Program-made: the position numbers and the translations under genes
Part shown: one piece after another, positions 28,979 to 39,501 of the stretch
Layout: every line of letters starts with the position of its first letter
Position numbering within the stretch: position 1 is the first letter of the stretch
Notes under the pieces: model-generated
Seen by the model: the letters and a program-made list of their open reading frames with translations, nothing else
Told to the model about the DNA's origin: nothing
The model's database searches: none
Source: an uncultured bacterium
GTDB lineage: Bacteria; Patescibacteriota; Minisyncoccia; SW-4-49-11
Assembly: GCA_937864235.1 (NCBI GenBank)
Contig: CALMJI010000012.1
Location: 942 to 64,941, forward strand
Reading direction: 5' to 3'
Length of the DNA: 64,000 bases

Positions 28979-30811
28979 ATGAAATCAAAATATCAATGGC
29001 ATATCAATACTCCTATAACTAAAGATATTATAGCCCAATATCCTGAAATTAATCCTATTATTTTACAGTTATTGTGGAATAGAGAGATTAAAAATCTTAA
29101 AGATATAGATAATTTTATAAATTCTGATTATCAAGATTTATTAAATCCATTTTTAATACTAGATATGCAAAAAAGCATAGATAGAATTCTTGGAGCCTTA
29201 CAGAGAAAAGAGAAAATTATTATATTTGGTGACTATGATGCTGATGGAGTAACGGGAAGTACGATTTTATATCAGGGTCTAAAGAAAACCTTTTCCGCAT
29301 TACATCAGCAAGGAAAACTCAATTTAGGAGATAATTTTGACAAAGAAGTAGATAAATATATCACAGTCTATATCCCCGATAGACATAAAGAAGGTTATGG
29401 ACTCAAAGATACTGGAGTTAGCTATATTCTAGAAAATACCCCTAAATTAGTGATAACAGTAGATTGTGGAGTTAGAAGTAAAGATGAAATTAAGTCAATA
29501 CAGAATTCAGGTATAGATGTAATTGTAATTGATCACCATTCTGTGCCAGAAGAAATGCCACCAGCTTTTGGTATTATTGTCCCAAAACGGAAAGGCGACC
29601 CCTATCCGTTCAAAGATTTATGTGGGGCGGGACTTGCATTCAAGGTTATGACTGCTTTATTAACTGAAGCGAGAACCAAAGTTGGATATGATTTTATTCC
29701 ACTGGGTTATGAAAAATGGTTATTAGATCTAGCTGCAATTGGTACTATTGCGGATATGGTGCCTTTAGTAGGAGAAAATAGAATTATTGTTAGATATGGC
29801 CTTTATGTATTAGGAAAAACCCGTAATATTGGACTGAAAGCATTGATGGACAGTACTGGTATTACAGCAGAAGTTGATGAGATAGATGGTCTGGAAGGTA
29901 ACAGTATCAGTGTATACTCTGTAGGATTTCAGATAGCCCCAAGGATTAATGCCGCGGGTAGAATTGCTCATGCTAACCAAGCCTTTCAATTATTTACAAC
30001 AGATAGCTCAAATGAAGCTAATACTCTAGCTCAGGAACTACAAAAATTAAACGATAATCGTAAGAATCTCACAGAAACAGTCTTAAAAGAGGTAGAAGCT
30101 AGATTGTATCAATCTGATAATATTCAAAATCAAGCCTTAATCTTCGAGGGAGACAAGAATTGGTCAATTGGTGTACTCGGTATAGTAGCCTCTAGATTAA
30201 CAGAAAAATACTATAGACCAGTTATATTATACCAAGAACAGGCTCATCATTGTGTAGCCTCAGCCAGAAGTATCCCAGAATTTGATATAGCCAAAGCAGT
30301 ACAGCAAATGGATGATTTGATTATTTCTGGAGGTGGGCATAGTCAAGCTGCTGGAATAACATTTGACAATCATAGAAAGGAAGAGATCAAGGAATTTTTT
30401 AGACAAAAAATTAGAGAAGAAGTAGAAATAAATAATCTACAACCATATAAGAATATAGACATAGAGCTAAATGCTCAGGATGTAGATTGGGATTTATATG
30501 ACTCTTTTTACAAATTAGCACCTTTTGGAATGAATAATTCAGCTCCAGTGTTCCTAGTTAGAAAATTAAGAATACTAGATATAAAAGTTTTGGGAGCTGA
30601 TCAAAAACATATCAAATTAAAATTAACCTCAGAAGCTCAAGTAGGTACTCCATTAACAATCGATGCTATAGGATTTAATTTTAGTTATGTTGTTGATCAA
30701 TTACATCGCAATGATATTGTAGATTTGGTATTTAGACTAGAAGTTAATGAATGGAATGGTAATAGGGAATTACAACTAAATATAGTAGACATTGCATCTA
30801 ATCAGAGTTAA
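28979..30811 (+). CDS. recJ: single-stranded-DNA-specific exonuclease RecJ
   Basis: DHH family motifs (GDYDADGV, IVIDHHS, GGGH). Confidence 0.85.
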   Translation: MKSKYQWHINTPITKDIIAQYPEINPIILQLLWNREIKNLKDIDNFINSDYQDLLNPFLILDMQKSIDRILGALQRKEKIIIFGDYDADGVTGSTILYQGLKKTFSALHQQGKLNLGDNFDKEVDKYITVYIPDRHKEGYGLKDTGVSYILENTPKLVITVDCGVRSKDEIKSIQNSGIDVIVIDHHSVPEEMPPAFGIIVPKRKGDPYPFKDLCGAGLAFKVMTALLTEARTKVGYDFIPLGYEKWLLDLAAIGTIADMVPLVGENRIIVRYGLYVLGKTRNIGLKALMDSTGITAEVDEIDGLEGNSISVYSVGFQIAPRINAAGRIAHANQAFQLFTTDSSNEANTLAQELQKLNDNRKNLTETVLKEVEARLYQSDNIQNQALIFEGDKNWSIGVLGIVASRLTEKYYRPVILYQEQAHHCVASARSIPEFDIAKAVQQMDDLIISGGGHSQAAGITFDNHRKEEIKEFFRQKIREEVEINNLQPYKNIDIELNAQDVDWDLYDSFYKLAPFGMNNSAPVFLVRKLRILDIKVLGADQKHIKLKLTSEAQVGTPLTIDAIGFNFSYVVDQLHRNDIVDLVFRLEVNEWNGNRELQLNIVDIASNQS

Positions 30812-30816
30812 AAAAT

Positions 30817-30845
30817 TTGCTCTTTTTGTGAAAAATCTTTATAAT
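30817..30845 (+). promoter_or_regulatory. putative rnpB promoter (TTGCTC-N17-TATAAT)
   Basis: TATAAT at 30840-30845, 6-7 nt upstream of the predicted P1 5' end. Confidence 0.4.
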
Positions 30846-30851
30846 ATATAC

Positions 30852-31188
30852 TATCCAAGAGGAATGGTAATCGCGCATATCCACATTAGTGGTGAGTGAG
30901 GAAAGTCTGGACACCTATTACCCAAAGAGGGAAATAAATGATAGTGGGTAACACCCATCCTTAAGTTTACTTAAGCGGGATAGTATCGCAGAGACAAAAC
31001 ATTTGAGTCTAACTCATCTAAGGTGAAAAGAGATAAACCCTATCAGGTGCAAGGCCGTGCTTTTCTCAAGTAGAAAAGAGTGCCGCCAAGAAAATACTGG
31101 TAACAGTATTTCAAGATAAATGATTACCTCAAGTTTATTGCTAGTCAATCTACTTGAACAGAATCCAGCTTATATTCCTTTTGGATAC
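30852..31188 (+). ncRNA. rnpB: RNase P RNA (bacterial type A)
   Basis: GAGGAAAGTCTGGAC (P4 5' strand), GGGTAACACCC, AAGGTGAAA, ACAGAATCCAGCTTAT (P4 3' strand); P1 pairing ATCCAAGAGGAAT / ATTCCTTTTGGAT. Confidence 0.8.
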
Positions 31189-31213
31189 AAAATATCATCA
31201 ATTAAAATATAAT

Positions 31214-32629
31214 ATGAATAGATTTGAGCTATTATTTAGTGCGATTAGAGTCCCAGTAGATTTTATTCTGATTATTCTAGCTGGTCTTTTATCGTATCAG
31301 ATTCGAATCTCTAGTTTTGCAATTGAAGCAAGACCATTTTTATATAATCTTAGTAATACTTGGTATAATGGATTTGTTCTAGTATTTGCGGTCATAACTA
31401 TTATAATTATGGCTTTCTCAGGTATGTATATAACCAAGAGAACCCGTACAATCGTAGTTGAATTTTATAGAATTTTAAGTTCAGTCTCCACTACAACATT
31501 ATTAATTATTTTATATTATTTCTTTTATTCAAGAGATATATTTTCATCAAGATTTATAATTATATCTATCTGGGTTTTATCAATAATCTTACTGTTATTA
31601 GGTAGAATGACATTACATTGGATACAAGATTATATAACCAAAAACTATAAATTGGGATTGCATAAAGTAGCTGTAATTACAGGTAATGACATAGCTGGAC
31701 AGCTAGTTTTGGATGCTCTTAATACAAAAGCTGGATTTAGTTATCAGGTTGTAGATATACAAAAAGAATTAAATCTCAAAGATCTGAAGCATTTAATTAT
31801 CACCAAACAAATAGATGAAGTCATCTTGGCTGACACTAATATAGAACAAGAAAGATTAATTAAAATTAACTATCTTTGTGAAGAATATAAGATTGACTTT
31901 CAATATGTACCTAATATCTTTGATATGTATACCCAAGTTGAGGTCAAGAATCTATCAGGAGTTTTATTATTCAGAGTCAAAAGAACAACCCTAGAAGGTT
32001 GGGGAAGTATTTATAAAAGAATCTTTGATATCATCGTAGCTAGCATAGCTATTATTATTTTGTCCCCAATCTATATACTAACAATTATAGCTATCAAATT
32101 AGATTCTCCAGGACCAATCCTATATAAGAATAAAAGAGTAGGAGTAGCTAAAAAAATTTTTGAAGTCTATAAATTCAGAAGTATGTACCAAGATATGTGC
32201 ACAGATGAAAATAATACCGCTTCAATAGAATTAGAGCAAAAACTTCTAGCCGAGAAAAATACCAAATCAGGACCATTATATAAGATAAAAGATGACCCAC
32301 GAGTGACAAAAGTAGGTAAATTCATCCGTAAAACTAGTATAGATGAGTTGCCACAATTCTTTAATGTATTACAAGGAACAATGAGCTTAGTAGGTCCAAG
32401 ACCACATCAACCAAGAGAAGTGGATAAGTATAAGCAGCATCACAAAAAAGTCCTAACTATCAAACCAGGTATCACCGGTATGGCACAAGTCAATGGAAGA
32501 TCAGATTTAAGCTTCGAGGAAGAAGTTTTATACGATACATTTTATATAGAAAACTGGAGCATTTGGCTTGATATAATAATATTACTAAAGACCCCATGGG
32601 CAGTCATCGCACCACGCAAAGCCGATTAA
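31214..32629 (+). CDS. polyprenyl-phosphate glycosyl-1-phosphate transferase (WbaP/bacterial sugar transferase family)
   Basis: N-terminal TMs then C-terminal domain with KRIFDIIVASIAIIILSP and DELPQFFNVLQGTMSLVGPRP. Start moved to the ATG at 31214 because the upstream ORF portion overlaps rnpB. Confidence 0.85.
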   Translation: MNRFELLFSAIRVPVDFILIILAGLLSYQIRISSFAIEARPFLYNLSNTWYNGFVLVFAVITIIIMAFSGMYITKRTRTIVVEFYRILSSVSTTTLLIILYYFFYSRDIFSSRFIIISIWVLSIILLLLGRMTLHWIQDYITKNYKLGLHKVAVITGNDIAGQLVLDALNTKAGFSYQVVDIQKELNLKDLKHLIITKQIDEVILADTNIEQERLIKINYLCEEYKIDFQYVPNIFDMYTQVEVKNLSGVLLFRVKRTTLEGWGSIYKRIFDIIVASIAIIILSPIYILTIIAIKLDSPGPILYKNKRVGVAKKIFEVYKFRSMYQDMCTDENNTASIELEQKLLAEKNTKSGPLYKIKDDPRVTKVGKFIRKTSIDELPQFFNVLQGTMSLVGPRPHQPREVDKYKQHHKKVLTIKPGITGMAQVNGRSDLSFEEEVLYDTFYIENWSIWLDIIILLKTPWAVIAPRKAD

Positions 32630-32709
32630 ATCTAATCACACAAAATTTGCCAAAAAATTAAAAATGTAATATAATTGAATTATATAGTATAAAAATAAAT
32701 ATTGAGAAT

Positions 32710-35700
32710 ATGAGAAATGCATTTGAATCAAGCAGAGGAGATACTCAAGTCATTGAAGTAGATATGGGACCAATACCTGAAAACCCTTCTAATGCTAGTG
32801 ATAAAGATATTAAAGCTATTGAAAAATATCACAATCATCATCCAGATCAATTTCCTTCTAGTAAATATATAGATGTTAGAGGGTGGGAAAATTGGAGAAA
32901 TATATCTAAAAGATATAATAAAGATGATAAAAAATGGACTGTTTCTTACAGGGGTTTCTTTAAGGATGAAGAGGTTATTCAAGAATTTGATCATGAGGAA
33001 GAAGCGCAAGCTCAATTAGATAAGCTAAAAAATTACAATAAACAAATAGCTTTAGATCTAATTAGAGAAGCAAGAAACTTTTCTATTGGGGAAGATTTAG
33101 AAGCTCCGTGGACTGATTCAGTATATGTAAGTGCTGAAACAGTTATAGAGGCTAGTGGAGAAACAATATCTGAAAAAGATGTACACTCTCCCATTGATAC
33201 TCCATCTACAAGCAAATCTGATGGTGGAGAAGTAAAGAGTAGTTCAGGAACAGATCAAGAGGCTCAACCTGATGTTGGAACAGGTGATGCAATTGAACAA
33301 GGATCTGTTACTACAAATAGCGTAGAGTCTAGCTTAGATGACGGTGGTGTAGATGATCTTTTTGAAAACTTACCAGAGGTAGGCGCATTACAGGCAGAAT
33401 TAGATAGATTGATTGAAGTTGAGGCGGCAAAATTACAAAAAGAGGAAATAGTAGAAAATTTATCTTACAAAGTTGACCGAGAAAAATTAGAAACTTTCAA
33501 AGAAAATGCAAGGCGGGCTATTACTAATTATCAGCAATTTGCTACTGAACACTCTTCTCCAGCTGATAAATCTAATCCTCAAATTCAAGAAAAATATAAA
33601 TTATTAGAGAAGCAGGCTTGGAATTCTTTGTATAATTTAGCTCATTTACTAGATGGTGAAATAGCTATACTTCCTCAAGATCGTGATATACAATTATCTC
33701 ACCCAGGAGGAGTAGACACTAGACAATATTTAGAATCAAGGGGATATAAATTTGATGAGAATGGGGATATAACTCATATTAAAGACAATGGAGTTGAGAT
33801 TGAGTTAAATAGAGCAATGAAAACAGATAGCTTAATTAAATCTAGAAGACCATCTCATGTTGTATATGATAAAAGTATATCTTTAGATAATGACTTTAAT
33901 TATCAAGGATATCTAGTAAGAGGACTTAATCAGCAAACTCCAGACTTTATAGTAGGGGTATTAGATAAAAACAATTTAGAAAACGTTATAGTAGATGAAA
34001 CTGGACAATCAATCCCTAAATCAGATGCATCTCCAGCAACTAATCCTGAAGCTCCTGAACAAGCTGAGGGAGGAGAAACTACCCCACAAGTCTCACTCGA
34101 TGATTTGAGATTAGCTTATGCTAGAGCTGAAGAAGCTTGGAATAGAAAACGAGGAGATGAGAAGTTAGAAGATGCCTTTATAGTAGCAAGAAAAGCTTAT
34201 AATACAGAATTAGAGAGAGTACTAAAATTACAAGTAGCAGAAGGACAAGCTGATAATATACATCAGATCTTCAAAGACGAGGTTATGAGTCTGAGAGATA
34301 GTAGGATAGAGCAGTCCCAAGATCTACAAGGTGTATGGGAGAAGAGATTAAATCCTATTAAAGAAAAATTTGTAAATTTTGTTATGAAAAATAAAAAAAT
34401 TATTAGTAGACTCAACTTAGCTGCTGGAGTAGCTGGAGGAGCTTTAGCTTTAACCGGAGCTGGTATCCCATTGGCAGGAGGTTTAGCCGTAGCTCGTCGG
34501 ATGGTATCGGCAACATTGCTTGGAGTATCTACTGGAGAGGGTATGAGATCATTAGGAGAAGATGCCGATATAAATTCATTCTGGGGTAAAATTAAATTTA
34601 AAGCAATTATTCCAAAATTAGTTCAAGAATCTCTAGCTTCTAGTGAAGATGAATTTAAAAAAGTATCTGAAGATGTTCTAAAAGAAAGATTAGGAACTCT
34701 AGAAGCATATTACAGACTTAATGGGGGTAAATTTACCAATGATAATCAACAACAAGCCTATGAGAAAGTACTAACTGAATTAGCACGAAGAGTACAAAAA
34801 AATGTTATATATGCAGAACAAAATCAAGATGAATTACAATCTGATTGGCAAGAGCAAAAACCAGAATACTTAACAGAAGGAGAAATATTAGAAAAAGCTC
34901 ACCATAGATGGGATGAAAGAAATCCACTATCTAGGAATATGAGATACTTTTTAGATAAAGATATTCAAAAAGAAAGAAATTTACAAAAACAGGCAAATGA
35001 AAATTGGAAAAAGTTAAATCCAGAAAAATATACCTCAGAATTACTAAATACTATTTCAGATAAAAGAGTTGCTGAATTAGATAAATTTAGAAGAAATAGA
35101 AGAAATGCTACTGTTGCTGGTTTAGGAGTAGGATTATTAGTAGGAGTATCTGTTCATATATTAGATGAGGTTAATAAACCAGACTCGGTAGAGTTAACAG
35201 ATGGTTCAGATTCTACTACCGGCGGTGCTACATCAGAAGTACAAGGTTCAGGAGCTGGGCCAAGTAGTTCCGGTAATCCGGCAGCTCCAGATGCTGGACA
35301 AGTTGCTCCAAAACCAAATCTTGAGACCACCCCACCTACTGGTACTGGAGCTAGTGCAGAGGAGGCTCTAAGACAAGCACAAGTAGTAGCAGAGCAAGCA
35401 CAAGAATTGGCTCAAGATGTTTCTAGTCTCGATAGTGGAGAAACTATTTGGGGAGAAATAGCCAAGCAACTAGGTGAAAATGCTAGTGAAGCTCAAATAC
35501 AACAGGCGGTAGAGAATTATCTACAATCAGAATTAGGGCAGGAATCTATTTATAAACTAGCTCAAGGCACCGAAGGAGGAAGAGCCTTATTAGCTCAATG
35601 GAGTATAGATGATGCTAAAGAAATGGCAAGTCTCTCAAAAGATCAGCTATTTGAAATATCTAGATACTTAGCTCCAGGTAAATTAGATGGACTTACTGAA

Positions 35701-36588
35701 TTAAGTTTAGATAATTTAGATGCTCTCTCCCCAGCAGAGTATGTAGAATCATCTCCAGTAGTAGAACCTACTATTGAACCAGGATCTACCGAACCTCCAG
35801 CCCCACCGGCAGCTGAGGCTCCAGTACCTCCTCCAGCCCCAGAAGTACCACCAGTTGCAAGCACCGAGTTTACTAGAGGTGTATCTGAAGCTTTAGGTAC
35901 AACCAATCTTACAGAATCTCAGCTACAAGAAGCAATCTATTCATTTGCTACCAGTGAGCAAGGTGGTGCTGACTTATATAAACAAATTATTAGTAATGAA
36001 GAAGGAGCAAGATTCTTATCAGGATTTGGAGTTAATAATGCCGCTGACTTTGCTAATCTAAGGCCTGATGAAGTATACGAAATAGCCCAAACTGTAGGCG
36101 TAGAGAATTTAGATAAATTACCAGGATTCGAGCTTAATGATATTATTTTATCTAAATTTGAAGACGCCCCAGATATAGTAGAGTTAGTGAAAGGTTCAAA
36201 ACCACTTGATATGGTTAATAGGTATATAGCTAATGAGATAGGTAACTTACCTTATGATTCTAGTTTAGGACAACAGGTGTTGAATACCTACTTAGAAACA
36301 CCACAAGGTAAACAATGGCTTTATGATGCAATTATTAATAACCCAGATAAGTTAAATGGTAATCAGAATATTCAGTTTGTAGAAGAATATTTCAGACAAA
36401 AAGGTATTAAATCAGGAGTTGATATAAACTGGTTAGATTTAACCCAAGACAGAAGATTTCCAACATCTATTTTTTGGAGAGAAACAGCTTTAGCTGGAGG
36501 TAGACGTATCCCACCTTTATCAACACTTCTGCAACCAAGTAAAATGATTGGGATCAAAGATGCTGTGAGACAAGTACTAACTAGATAA
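32710..36588 (+). CDS. giant (1292 aa) hypothetical protein, acidic with coiled-coil regions, a Gly-zipper hydrophobic segment and Pro-rich stretch
   Basis: Long uninterrupted ORF; hydrophobic LAAGVAGGALALTGAGIPLAGGLAVA and VAGLGVGLLVGVSV segments; PAPPAAEAPVPPPAPEVPP; no enzyme motif recognised. Confidence 0.5.
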   Translation: MRNAFESSRGDTQVIEVDMGPIPENPSNASDKDIKAIEKYHNHHPDQFPSSKYIDVRGWENWRNISKRYNKDDKKWTVSYRGFFKDEEVIQEFDHEEEAQAQLDKLKNYNKQIALDLIREARNFSIGEDLEAPWTDSVYVSAETVIEASGETISEKDVHSPIDTPSTSKSDGGEVKSSSGTDQEAQPDVGTGDAIEQGSVTTNSVESSLDDGGVDDLFENLPEVGALQAELDRLIEVEAAKLQKEEIVENLSYKVDREKLETFKENARRAITNYQQFATEHSSPADKSNPQIQEKYKLLEKQAWNSLYNLAHLLDGEIAILPQDRDIQLSHPGGVDTRQYLESRGYKFDENGDITHIKDNGVEIELNRAMKTDSLIKSRRPSHVVYDKSISLDNDFNYQGYLVRGLNQQTPDFIVGVLDKNNLENVIVDETGQSIPKSDASPATNPEAPEQAEGGETTPQVSLDDLRLAYARAEEAWNRKRGDEKLEDAFIVARKAYNTELERVLKLQVAEGQADNIHQIFKDEVMSLRDSRIEQSQDLQGVWEKRLNPIKEKFVNFVMKNKKIISRLNLAAGVAGGALALTGAGIPLAGGLAVARRMVSATLLGVSTGEGMRSLGEDADINSFWGKIKFKAIIPKLVQESLASSEDEFKKVSEDVLKERLGTLEAYYRLNGGKFTNDNQQQAYEKVLTELARRVQKNVIYAEQNQDELQSDWQEQKPEYLTEGEILEKAHHRWDERNPLSRNMRYFLDKDIQKERNLQKQANENWKKLNPEKYTSELLNTISDKRVAELDKFRRNRRNATVAGLGVGLLVGVSVHILDEVNKPDSVELTDGSDSTTGGATSEVQGSGAGPSSSGNPAAPDAGQVAPKPNLETTPPTGTGASAEEALRQAQVVAEQAQELAQDVSSLDSGETIWGEIAKQLGENASEAQIQQAVENYLQSELGQESIYKLAQGTEGGRALLAQWSIDDAKEMASLSKDQLFEISRYLAPGKLDGLTELSLDNLDALSPAEYVESSPVVEPTIEPGSTEPPAPPAAEAPVPPPAPEVPPVASTEFTRGVSEALGTTNLTESQLQEAIYSFATSEQGGADLYKQIISNEEGARFLSGFGVNNAADFANLRPDEVYEIAQTVGVENLDKLPGFELNDIILSKFEDAPDIVELVKGSKPLDMVNRYIANEIGNLPYDSSLGQQVLNTYLETPQGKQWLYDAIINNPDKLNGNQNIQFVEEYFRQKGIKSGVDINWLDLTQDRRFPTSIFWRETALAGGRRIPPLSTLLQPSKMIGIKDAVRQVLTR

Positions 36589-36606
36589 TTAATTAAATAC
36601 AACACT

Positions 36607-36921
36607 ATGGATAATACACAAGACAATATCATCGCCCTATTAGGACTAGAAGATTTACCGATTGAAAATAGAGCTCAATTAGTAGACGAATTAACTCAGA
36701 TTCTTGAAGTAAGAGTACTTAGTGCAGCTTATGATACTCTTAGTGAAGAGCAAGCTCAGCATCTAGACACTTTACTCAATGACAATAATCCAGAAGTAGT
36801 GACTCAATTTATTCAAGAAAATGTCCCAACTTTAAGTGAAATCTTTGCTACTCAAGTTGAGAATTTGAAGGCAGAATTAGTACAACATAAAGCTGAAATT
36901 ACTGAAAAGTTAACTCAATAA
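36607..36921 (+). CDS. small acidic helical hypothetical protein
   Basis: 104-aa ORF 19 nt downstream of the giant ORF. Confidence 0.4.
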   Translation: MDNTQDNIIALLGLEDLPIENRAQLVDELTQILEVRVLSAAYDTLSEEQAQHLDTLLNDNNPEVVTQFIQENVPTLSEIFATQVENLKAELVQHKAEITEKLTQ

Positions 36922-37011
36922 TTTGAGCAAAAATTCCAAGAAGCCACTCAGGGGGCTTCAGAGTCTACAGATGCCGAGCCTCAGAATAATAATCATGCTG
37001 AGTAAAAATTT

Positions 37012-38115
37012 TTATTGAGTGACAGGAATAGAATAAGTTGTTGATGGAATTAGTTTTCTTGCTTGTTTGGTTTGGAAGGTGTTAAGATAAGCATATAAAT
37101 ACTTGTGAATTTGCCCTTTAATAGCAAGTTTATCTTGTATTATAGGCATATAGCTCTCAGCCATACGATTTAGAATTGGTTGCATATCCTGAATTGTATT
37201 GAGCCCTGTAATAATAGAGCTGTAATTATAGGGAGTAAAGAATATCCCTTTATTTGTGACTAAACTCTGATTATACACTCCTCTTGAGGAAAGAGTTGGA
37301 ATACCCGAGACTAGAGCTAGTGATAGAGGGTATTTATCCTCACTATCAGTCGGAATTTCAACGAATATCTTCGCATTTTGAACTAGAGCCTGTTCGGTAG
37401 TTCCACTCAATTCACCTACGAAGATAATATTATTGGACTGATATTTTTCTTTGATTGCCGGTATAACTTTACCTAACACTATCAAAGAATAGTTGATTTT
37501 ATGATTACAATAAGCTTTTATAAATAACTCTAAACTTTTAGTATATCTATATTGGCTAACATTTACCACCATATAATCTTGAGGGTATATGTCCTTTATA
37601 TTATTATCTGAGATAGAATTATTGACCTCAATTCCAGTGGGTATAGTATATAGTTTGGATTTAAAGCTAGGTCGGAATAAACTTGTAAGTGCGGGATTAG
37701 CAATGATTAAGCTATCTGCAAACTTAGCTGAGATATAGGTTAATAGTCTGAACTTTTGCCAATTTTTAGCAGTATTGATAAAAGTATATTGCTGATAATC
37801 AAACATTACTCTTACTTGTGGCATTTGTAATGATACCCAAAAAGCCACCCAAGCATATTCTAAGGATCTAATATGTACTATTTCAAGTCCTTTTATTTTC
37901 TTTAGAGCTCTCATAGTATCTTTAACATTGGGTTTGCTGGCAATAATATGGATACCCTTATATTCAGTAGCTTGGCTGTAGTTTGGCTCTGATATTACAT
38001 AAACCGAATGCCCACGCTTTGCTAAAGGTACAGCAATAGCTTCTAAATTATATTCATTTCTATCTCTAGTGCTTTGATAGGGAAGACCTCTGGTTCCAAC
38101 AAATGCTATAGTCAT
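37012..38115 (-). CDS. putative glycosyltransferase (GT-B-like)
   Basis: N-terminal IAFVGTRGLP...GHSVYV Rossmann-like start; weak C-terminal GT motif. Confidence 0.4.
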   Translation of the reverse strand: MTIAFVGTRGLPYQSTRDRNEYNLEAIAVPLAKRGHSVYVISEPNYSQATEYKGIHIIASKPNVKDTMRALKKIKGLEIVHIRSLEYAWVAFWVSLQMPQVRVMFDYQQYTFINTAKNWQKFRLLTYISAKFADSLIIANPALTSLFRPSFKSKLYTIPTGIEVNNSISDNNIKDIYPQDYMVVNVSQYRYTKSLELFIKAYCNHKINYSLIVLGKVIPAIKEKYQSNNIIFVGELSGTTEQALVQNAKIFVEIPTDSEDKYPLSLALVSGIPTLSSRGVYNQSLVTNKGIFFTPYNYSSIITGLNTIQDMQPILNRMAESYMPIIQDKLAIKGQIHKYLYAYLNTFQTKQARKLIPSTTYSIPVTQ

Positions 38116-38264
38116 AAATTAAATTATTCTTTCAGGCACGGATTATAGCATAAAATAACAATTTTGTCAAAAGTTTATAGAGACATTATATCTGTGAAAT
38201 ATTTAATTGTTATAATAAATTCCACTTTTGAGGTATAGGCTGAACTCTGTACTCAAAGCAACTT

Positions 38265-38550
38265 TTTTCGTAGCAGCGGGTTTATCCCTCCATATATATA
38301 AGTAGGGGCAACATTACAGTCGCCTGTGCTTTGCATTAAAATTCCCCTCTTGAGGGGTGGACAGCTTCGCTGGACGGGGTGGCAAAATAAATTATTAATC
38401 GTAAATAATAAATTATAGAGGCGATCTTTCAGTTGCCTAAAGTCCTCCTCCCGCACTTCGTCCCACCTCCCCCAAGGGAGGACAAGTTGGATGGGCTTTT
38501 TGTTTACCTTTGGAGGGAGTACCCGTAGGGGGAGGGTGGAAAAAAGTATG
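38265..38550. repeat. GC-rich mosaic intergenic repeat, copy 5
   Basis: AAATTCCCCTCTTGAGGGGTGGACAGCTTCGCTGGACGGGGTGG; TCCTCCTCCCGCACTTCGTCCCACCTCCCCCAAGGGAGGACAA; GGAGGGAGTACCCGTAGGGGGAGGGTGGAAAAA. Confidence 0.8.
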
Positions 38551-38556
38551 AATTAA

Positions 38557-39501
38557 CTACTCACTTATAAAATAAATATCTTTATACCCATTAGCAAAAC
38601 TTTTAGGGTCGATGGAGTTTTTACCTTCGATCTTAAGTCTGGTAACTGCTATATTGCCATCTATAGTGCCGACAATAAGTTGGTTATTGTGTGAATCTAG
38701 TTGCCAGTGTCCAGCTTGTAGTTTTATGGTTTGATTTACTTGGAATTGTATTTGTTCAAAAATTACTTTTTTACCTGTATTAAGGTATGTATAAACTTGA
38801 GGCCACTTTAGGTAGGCTCGGTAGAGGTTTATTATATTTTGAGCTGTGTGAGTTTGCCAGTTAATCCGGCCATCTTGTTTTTGGAGCATTGAAATTATAC
38901 TGGCTTTAGTGTCATCTTGTGGCTTTGGTTTGATTTGCCCTGCCAAAAATGGTGGTAAATATTCTATTAGCAGTGTTGCACTAGTCTGTATAATCTTATG
39001 TTCTAATTCTACATAGGTGTCGGTTGGGGATATGGTTATTTTTTTTTGAGCGATGATTGGTCCATGATCCATCAGATGGTCTAATTGCATTAAGCTGACG
39101 GCTGTGCTAGCATCACCGTTGCGTAGGCTGGCATGAATTGGGGCTGGCCCTCGGTATTGTGGTAAAAGGGAGGGGTGAATATTGAGGACTTTATGGGGCA
39201 TTATATCAAGAATATTTTGAGGTATAATTTTGCCATAGGCTATGACTAGCCATATATCAGCTTCTAACCCTTGTAAGAGACTTATTGTCTCTGGATTATT
39301 GAGTTTTTCTGGACTAAAGACTGGGATATTATATTTTTGGGCAAAAATTTTGAGTGGGCTAGGGGTTAGGATTTTTTTGCGCCCTTGTGGTGTGTCGGGG
39401 GTGGTGATAATGTAGGTTATATTGACCCAAGATAATAAAGATTCAGCTATTGCTACGGTTAGCTGAGGTGTCCCCCAAACTACAATATTTGGTTTAGACA
39501 T
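38557..39501 (-). CDS. fmt: methionyl-tRNA formyltransferase
   Basis: HPSLLPQYRG motif and formyltransferase N-terminal domain; start placed at MSKPNIVVWG. Confidence 0.85.
   Translation of the reverse strand: MSKPNIVVWGTPQLTVAIAESLLSWVNITYIITTPDTPQGRKKILTPSPLKIFAQKYNIPVFSPEKLNNPETISLLQGLEADIWLVIAYGKIIPQNILDIMPHKVLNIHPSLLPQYRGPAPIHASLRNGDASTAVSLMQLDHLMDHGPIIAQKKITISPTDTYVELEHKIIQTSATLLIEYLPPFLAGQIKPKPQDDTKASIISMLQKQDGRINWQTHTAQNIINLYRAYLKWPQVYTYLNTGKKVIFEQIQFQVNQTIKLQAGHWQLDSHNNQLIVGTIDGNIAVTRLKIEGKNSIDPKSFANGYKDIYFISE

Noticed and set aside
31154-31213. Upstream extension of the sugar-transferase ORF into the RNase P RNA
   Set aside because: The first 20 codons of the track ORF overlap the 3' strand of RNase P helices P4/P1. 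The downstream ATG at 31214 is the likely start
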